Assembly (NCBI GenBank): GCA_021771575.1
Contig: JAETOX010000003.1
Coordinates: forward strand, 10,550 to 74,549
Direction: 5' to 3'
DNA: 64,000 nt
From: Bacteroides sp.
GTDB taxonomy: Bacteria > Bacteroidota > Bacteroidia > Bacteroidales > Marinifilaceae
A model generated the notes under the pieces. It ran no database searches, was not told the origin of the DNA, and saw only the letters and a program-made list of their open reading frames with translations. A program made the translations under genes and the position numbers. Positions 59,348 to 64,000 of the stretch are shown in pieces (position 1 is the stretch's first letter; every line of letters begins with the position of its first letter).

Positions 59348-59393
59348 TCCGAATTTGCTCCGAATTTAATTGTGCGGAAGCATTGCAAATCAG
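59348..59393 (+). repeat. 46-bp dispersed repeat, copy B
   Basis: TCCGAATTTGCTCCGAATTTAATTGTGCGGAAGCATTGCAAATCAG. Contains direct repeat CTCCGAATTT x2. Homologous to the reverse complement of 1804-1849. Confidence 0.85.
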
Positions 59394-59640
59394 TTGTTTA
59401 TCAAGTGGGCATAAATCGTGCCCGGATCACTCCCCGTTTTGGCCGGGAATGACCATGCAGGCGGGCCCTGCTGCCTGTATTCCCACAGTTTTTATCCCTT
59501 AGGAAGGTTATTCCCGCCGTTTACGGCATGCTGTAAGTTCTGGGAAGGTCCGTTTGATAAATTGTTCCGGCGAACAATCGTTTAGCCCGGGGCGACGGGC
59601 TATGGATTTCAGAGATGCCGGGGTAGTTCGTTATTTCCTG

Positions 59641-60168
59641 TTATATAACAATCTCTTTTTTGCTCCCGTATGGAATCTCCTCGCTGAACGAATCCTCTAC
59701 GGAACAAAGTCCCGCATACACCAATGCACAGCCGATTACTCCCCGGTGAGTAAAAATACACACCTTCTGGAAGGAATACTGCTGCAGGTCATCCAAAAAG
59801 CGGCTCACCCGCTGGTATTGGTCGGTGTAACTCTCGGCACCTCCGGCGGGGAGGTGAATCCAGTCGTTGTACCATTCCTGGAGGGCGGGATCGTCGATTT
59901 CATCCCATTTTCGCATTTCCCAGCGCCCGAAATCCAATTCTTTCAGTCGTTCATCGATCACCGGAGTTGGAAAGCCGCAATAAGCAGCCAATTTGCGACA
60001 GCGCGACAAGGAACTGCAATACACCGCATCGAATGTTTCATCGGCAATACTTTTGCAGACTGCCGTCGCTTCTTCGGTGAAACTGGGGGCTGTTTCTACA
60101 TCGGTCTGTCCATAGCAGGTACCGGTTTCAACGGCGACTTGGGTGTGACGGATAAGAGTAATTTTCAT
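59641..60168 (-). CDS. cobC: Alpha-ribazole phosphatase (histidine phosphatase)
   Basis: MKITLIRHT, CYGQTDV, SSLSRC, LKELDFGRWE, FTHRGVI. ATGA overlap with cobS. Confidence 0.9.
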   Translation of the reverse strand: MKITLIRHTQVAVETGTCYGQTDVETAPSFTEEATAVCKSIADETFDAVYCSSLSRCRKLAAYCGFPTPVIDERLKELDFGRWEMRKWDEIDDPALQEWYNDWIHLPAGGAESYTDQYQRVSRFLDDLQQYSFQKVCIFTHRGVIGCALVYAGLCSVEDSFSEEIPYGSKKEIVI

Positions 60169-60941
60169 ATAACCGGATTTTGGAGCAGAATAAGCACGAA
60201 GAGATAGAAAACTATTTCGGCAATAAGGACTGTGGCACCGCAGCAATCGCCGGTATAACCACCGATTTTACGTTTCAGATAACCGCCGAGCAGGAGGACC
60301 GCGAGTCCCGTTGGTACTAAAGGAAGAAACGGCGCTTTCAGTATCCAAAGCAGGGCGAGGGCAGGAAGTCCGACGAGGAGATATTCATAAAACCGGATCT
60401 TGCGGTAGAGTACTTTCACTTTACTTTCCTCTTCGGTACGCGCGTATGACAAAGCATTGATCATAACTGAAGTGCAAAGTTTAGCGCTGACATCGGCCCC
60501 AAGAATAATACCCAACGGTATATATTCGTAGGCGTATAAACAGCCGTGCGGACGCCGCAATTCGTAAAGCAGGGTGACATACAAAAGAAAATAAAGGATT
60601 AGCCCCATCACGCCGTAACTACCGATATGTGAGTCCTTCATAATGCGGAGGATACTTCCTTTATCGCGACCGCCCCCGAACCCGTCACAGAAATCGGCGA
60701 GGCCGTCTTCGTGGAGCGCTCCGGTCAGCAGGAGACGGGCGATCACAGCCAGAATACAGGCAACGAGTGTGGGCATGAACGGCGCAGAAAGGCGCACTAC
60801 CCCCCATGTGATCAGTCCGGTCAGAAAACCTACCACAGGCCAGTAAAGCAATATTCCGGTATAATGTTTTTTATCAACCTGCACGATTCGCCAAAGGGGA
60901 ATCCGGGTGAACATCATGATGGCTGCCAGTAAAGACTTCAT
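60165..60941 (-). CDS. cobS: Adenosylcobinamide-GDP ribazoletransferase
   Basis: FTRIP, LTGALHEDGLADFCDGFGG, IMKDSHIGSYG, IGGYTGDCCGA. Confidence 0.96.
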   Translation of the reverse strand: MKSLLAAIMMFTRIPLWRIVQVDKKHYTGILLYWPVVGFLTGLITWGVVRLSAPFMPTLVACILAVIARLLLTGALHEDGLADFCDGFGGGRDKGSILRIMKDSHIGSYGVMGLILYFLLYVTLLYELRRPHGCLYAYEYIPLGIILGADVSAKLCTSVMINALSYARTEEESKVKVLYRKIRFYEYLLVGLPALALLWILKAPFLPLVPTGLAVLLLGGYLKRKIGGYTGDCCGATVLIAEIVFYLFVLILLQNPVI

Positions 60942-60943
60942 TG

Positions 60944-61981
60944 TTAAAAATATTTCGTAATCTGTGCCTGCTGGAAAGTGGTCATCTCATTGATCATACG
61001 TACGGCCGATTCAATAATCGGATAGGCGCAGATAGCTCCTGTACCTTCGCCCAAACGTAATCCGAGATTCAGCAACGGTTTGGCGCCGAGGGCTTCCAAT
61101 ACGAGCTGATGACCCGCTTCGTCGCCCTGATGTCCGAAAATGCAATATTCCTGCACTGCCGGATAAAATTGTTTGGCAGCGAGCACACAATTGGTCATGA
61201 TAAAACCGTCTACAATAATCAGCATCTGGAGTTCGGCTGCCCGAAGCATGGCTCCGACGGCAGCTACCATTTCATAGCCTCCGAACCAACGGATAATGTC
61301 TTTCGGCGAACCATCTCCCCGGTAGTTTTCCATAGCCGACTGGAGTACATTGTATTTATGTTCGATTCCTTGCGAATTCAGTCCGCTACCGGCACCGACA
61401 CAGGCTCTCAAAGGAATACCGGTGAACCAGGTCATCCACAACGATGACGATGATGTGTTGGCAATTCCCATTTCTCCGAAACTAAGGATGTTGCTTCCTT
61501 CCTTGTAAGCCATGTCCACCACCTCAACCCCGATTTCGATCGCCCGGTCCATTTCTTCTTCCGTCATAGCGGCTTCGTACAAATAATTCCGGGTTCCTTT
61601 CCGGATTTTACGGTCAATCAATCCCGGTAATTCGTCAAAATCGGCATTTACCCCGCAATCCACCACCTTCAAACCGAAATGATGCTGCCGGGAAAACATG
61701 CCTACACCACCACCGCCTTTCAGGAAATTGGGAACCTGCTGGGCTGTCACTTCCGGTGCGGAAAAACTTACGCCTTCCACTACGATACCATGGTCGGCAG
61801 CAAAAATAACGTTCTGCGGTTTGCATAATTTCGGGGTAAGAGTCTGTTGGACCGTACCGATTTGCACTGCCAGTTCCTCCAGTCGCCCCAACGATCCCTT
61901 GGGTTTGGTCAGATTGTCGATCTTATCTTGCAAAACCGGTACAATCGCTTTGTCCGGAATTAGGATGGAAAAAGGTCTCAT
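60944..61981 (-). CDS. cobT: Nicotinate-nucleotide--dimethylbenzimidazole phosphoribosyltransferase
   Basis: [43 protein letters not shown]. Confidence 0.97.
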   Translation of the reverse strand: MRPFSILIPDKAIVPVLQDKIDNLTKPKGSLGRLEELAVQIGTVQQTLTPKLCKPQNVIFAADHGIVVEGVSFSAPEVTAQQVPNFLKGGGGVGMFSRQHHFGLKVVDCGVNADFDELPGLIDRKIRKGTRNYLYEAAMTEEEMDRAIEIGVEVVDMAYKEGSNILSFGEMGIANTSSSSLWMTWFTGIPLRACVGAGSGLNSQGIEHKYNVLQSAMENYRGDGSPKDIIRWFGGYEMVAAVGAMLRAAELQMLIIVDGFIMTNCVLAAKQFYPAVQEYCIFGHQGDEAGHQLVLEALGAKPLLNLGLRLGEGTGAICAYPIIESAVRMINEMTTFQQAQITKYF

Positions 61982-62024
61982 ATATTTTAATTTAGTGGTT
62001 ACCGTGCTTTAAAGTATTCAGTGG

Positions 62025-62166
62025 CAAAAATAACAAAAATTTTGCTCGGCAAGCCGATATGATGGTTGGGTATCCGTTTTTGTAAAAGAAGGGCCGGTGA
62101 CATTAGGGGTGTTTTGTTTATTTTATAAAAAATATTTTATGAATATGAATATATATTATATATTTG
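62025..62166. promoter_or_regulatory. Divergent -7 boxes for cobT and the NVEALA gene
   Basis: TATTTTTG on minus (62025-62032) and TATATTTG on plus (62159-62166). Confidence 0.55.
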
Positions 62167-62195
62167 TATCAAATTTAAACAATAAAAATGTAGTT

Positions 62196-62594
62196 ATGAA
62201 AAAAAGATTGATTTTAGTATTTGGAATTGGCGTATTGTTTGGAGTAACATTTACTGCGAATATTAGTCAGGATAAACCTGCAGGATGGAATTTGTTACAA
62301 GCTAATATCGAGGCTTTAGCTAACGGAGAATCTGGTTCTATTCCGAGAACTTATGAGGAGTGTTTGAAGTCTGGAGGAAATTGGGATATGGCATCTGTGT
62401 GTACTGATAGTGGATTTGAAAGTAGTGATTGTAAAATATCAGGTGAAATAAGTATTTTTGGAATGACTCTAAAGGGTAATTATGAAAAGGGTAAGAGATA
62501 CTCTATTCCTTGGGCGCGTTATTCATGCCAGCCTTCTCCAGGGAATTGTTGTATTAAACAAGGTCTGTATTCTGGAGAACGAAAATTGGCTTAA
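62196..62594 (+). CDS. NVEALA-type secreted Cys-rich small protein (132 aa)
   Basis: MKKRLILVFGIG hydrophobic leader, LLQANIEALANGE motif, six Cys in the C-terminal domain. Start moved to ATG 62196, downstream of the promoter box. Confidence 0.8.
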   Translation: MKKRLILVFGIGVLFGVTFTANISQDKPAGWNLLQANIEALANGESGSIPRTYEECLKSGGNWDMASVCTDSGFESSDCKISGEISIFGMTLKGNYEKGKRYSIPWARYSCQPSPGNCCIKQGLYSGERKLA

Positions 62595-62619
62595 ATAAAG
62601 TAAGCAGATAATATATACG

Positions 62620-62662
62620 AAGGAATTGTTCTTCTATGGGTACAGAACAGTTCCTTTTATTT
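62620..62662 (+). terminator. Hairpin plus U tract between the NVEALA gene and the propeller gene
   Basis: AAGGAATTGTTCT-11 nt-AGAACAGTTCCTT-TTATTT. Confidence 0.65.
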
Positions 62663-62674
62663 ATTCAGATAGCG

Positions 62675-63820
62675 ATGAAAATTATAATTTTCTTTGTGCT
62701 TGTCGGATTGTGCTGGGCATGTAGCAAACAATCGCGATACGAAAATCTTCCCAAAATAGAAGGATATGATTCCCTTATTTTATCTAATGGGAAAAACATC
62801 CAGGTCGATTCGTTTTTTATTCTTCCCTTGGAACTTACTTCGGAAAGTGCTATTACCAGTATAGCCAAAATAGAGATAGTGGATACTTTTATCTTTATTC
62901 ACAGTGAAAATAGTCTTCTCCGTTTTTACAAGGATGGTCGTTTTGCAGGTATTTACGGAGTGGTAGGGCGTGCGCCGGGAGAATATTTACGGTTAAATAC
63001 CTTTTTTATCGATAGACATCAGGAAACGGTTAATCTGATTGATGAATTTTTATCCAAGATAATCACTTATACTTTTACCGGAGAGTATCTTAGGGAGAAA
63101 CATTATGCCGGACGTAATTTTTATATGTTGCATGGCCTATGTCCTGTAGGAGAAAACCAATTATTGTGTGATCATTATGTATGTAATGATTTTAATACAC
63201 TATATACGTTGTTAAATATGGAAACGGGAGAGAAGACTGTTTTGTCCCAAACTGCTCTGCAAACTAAAAAAGTAGCGGTTCCGATAGGTAAAGTTCCGAT
63301 GGCTGAATATGGAGACACAGTGAAAGTACTTTTACCTTTCGACAATCGGATATATGTTTATGACAGTTTGGGTATCAAACCATACAAATGGGTAGAGACT
63401 GAGAAAAAATTGCTCAGTTCCGGGCAAATGCGAAAAATAAATGATTTTTCGGTGATGTCTTATTTCGATATTGACCAACGGGGAGATTTTGCAGGTTTCA
63501 AAGATATTTGTGAGTCAGACCGTTATATGCTGTTGAATGAAGCTGGATGTAACCGGTATTTTCTAGTGGATAAAATTTCCGCTCACGGAATCCGCTATGA
63601 TTATGATGTTGACGATGCCTTGAATGTATTGCCATTGGTTGGGATTCAGACTGTGTGGCGGGATTTTTTTGTTGGTGTGTTGCCTCGTTACTCTTTGAAA
63701 GACATAGCAGATAAAATACCAGCAAATACAACTGACAGGAATTTATATCAATTGAAAAAATTTGAGGGAGAATTACCGGAAGATGCAAACCCATGTCTGG
63801 TATTTTATAAACTTAACTGA
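62675..63820 (+). CDS. 6-bladed beta-propeller lipoprotein (DUF5128/BF3164-like)
   Basis: Lipobox CWAC, LPLELTSESAI, GRAPGEYL, C-terminal EDANPCLVFYKL. Confidence 0.8.
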   Translation: MKIIIFFVLVGLCWACSKQSRYENLPKIEGYDSLILSNGKNIQVDSFFILPLELTSESAITSIAKIEIVDTFIFIHSENSLLRFYKDGRFAGIYGVVGRAPGEYLRLNTFFIDRHQETVNLIDEFLSKIITYTFTGEYLREKHYAGRNFYMLHGLCPVGENQLLCDHYVCNDFNTLYTLLNMETGEKTVLSQTALQTKKVAVPIGKVPMAEYGDTVKVLLPFDNRIYVYDSLGIKPYKWVETEKKLLSSGQMRKINDFSVMSYFDIDQRGDFAGFKDICESDRYMLLNEAGCNRYFLVDKISAHGIRYDYDVDDALNVLPLVGIQTVWRDFFVGVLPRYSLKDIADKIPANTTDRNLYQLKKFEGELPEDANPCLVFYKLN

Positions 63821-63849
63821 TTTCCTTTGTTTATAGAATATCTTTGTGT

Positions 63850-64000
63850 ATGGGTGTGCTGCATTATGTGTTTTCAAATGTATTTGGTGGTGCGGCAGTT
63901 GGTGCCACGGGTAGTGAGTTTTCATTCCAGGTATTCGCACCGGGACAGGAGACGGGTTTTGTGCACACCCACAAGACGCATGAAGAGTTGTATTTCTTCC
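63850..64000 (+). CDS. Cupin-domain protein, partial (runs off the window end; N-terminus possibly truncated)
   Basis: VFGGAAVGATGSEFSFQVFAPGQETGFVHTHKTHEELYFF contains cupin motif 1 (HxHxxxEE). Confidence 0.7.
   Translation, partial: MGVLHYVFSNVFGGAAVGATGSEFSFQVFAPGQETGFVHTHKTHEELYFF

Noticed and set aside
1804-59393. The two 46-bp copies as ends of one 57-kb mobile element
   Set aside because: The interval contains core genes (rpmF, fabH, frr, topA, ileS, lspA) and no integrase, relaxase or transposase, so it is chromosomal backbone.
59405-59431. tRNA 3' half (5-bp stem, 7-nt loop, then GGATCAC)
   Set aside because: The geometry is T-arm-like but the loop is TAAATCG with no TTC, and no D or anticodon arm or matching 5' acceptor strand is present.
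59554-60207. 217-aa plus-strand ORF
   Set aside because: Antisense shadow of cobC/cobS with no recognisable motifs.

Overview
Chromosomal window from a Bacteroidota bacterium. The evidence is TAnnTTTG -7 promoter boxes, SusC/SusD pairs and the ileS-dksA-lspA operon. The SusCD+DUF4843+PKD+TlpA architecture suggests an Odoribacter/Butyricimonas-like gut organism (inference). The housekeeping backbone is a partial S41 peptidase, rsgA, yceD-rpmF-fabH, two bactofilins with kdsB, frr, a U32-family gene, ppiD-like, topA, ileS-dksA-lspA, aspartokinase, fbp, an ADP-forming acyl-CoA synthetase and cobT-cobS-cobC. Accessory content: (1) a roughly 14-kb surface-glycan locus in alternating transcription blocks, with a flippase, GT2/GT4 genes, a Bcs1-like CDP-ribitol synthesis fusion, a TagF-like phosphotransferase, YfhO and UDP-GlcA decarboxylase; (2) two ECF-FecR-SusC-SusD loci that carry CXXC thiol-oxidoreductases and no recognisable glycoside hydrolase; (3) an Rpn-family nuclease; (4) an AT-rich NVEALA-type Cys-rich peptide plus beta-propeller lipoprotein pair. 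Non-coding structure found by eye: a 46-bp att/arm-site-like repeat present twice, 57.5 kb apart and inverted; short-period (8-9 nt) tandem-plus-inverted arrays at three gene 3' ends; a TTGTCACCCT box about 50 nt upstream of both fecR genes; and a 12-bp helix that could enclose the uxs start codon. No tRNA, rRNA, CRISPR array or intact IS/integrase was seen. All protein family calls are from motif recognition, not database searches.
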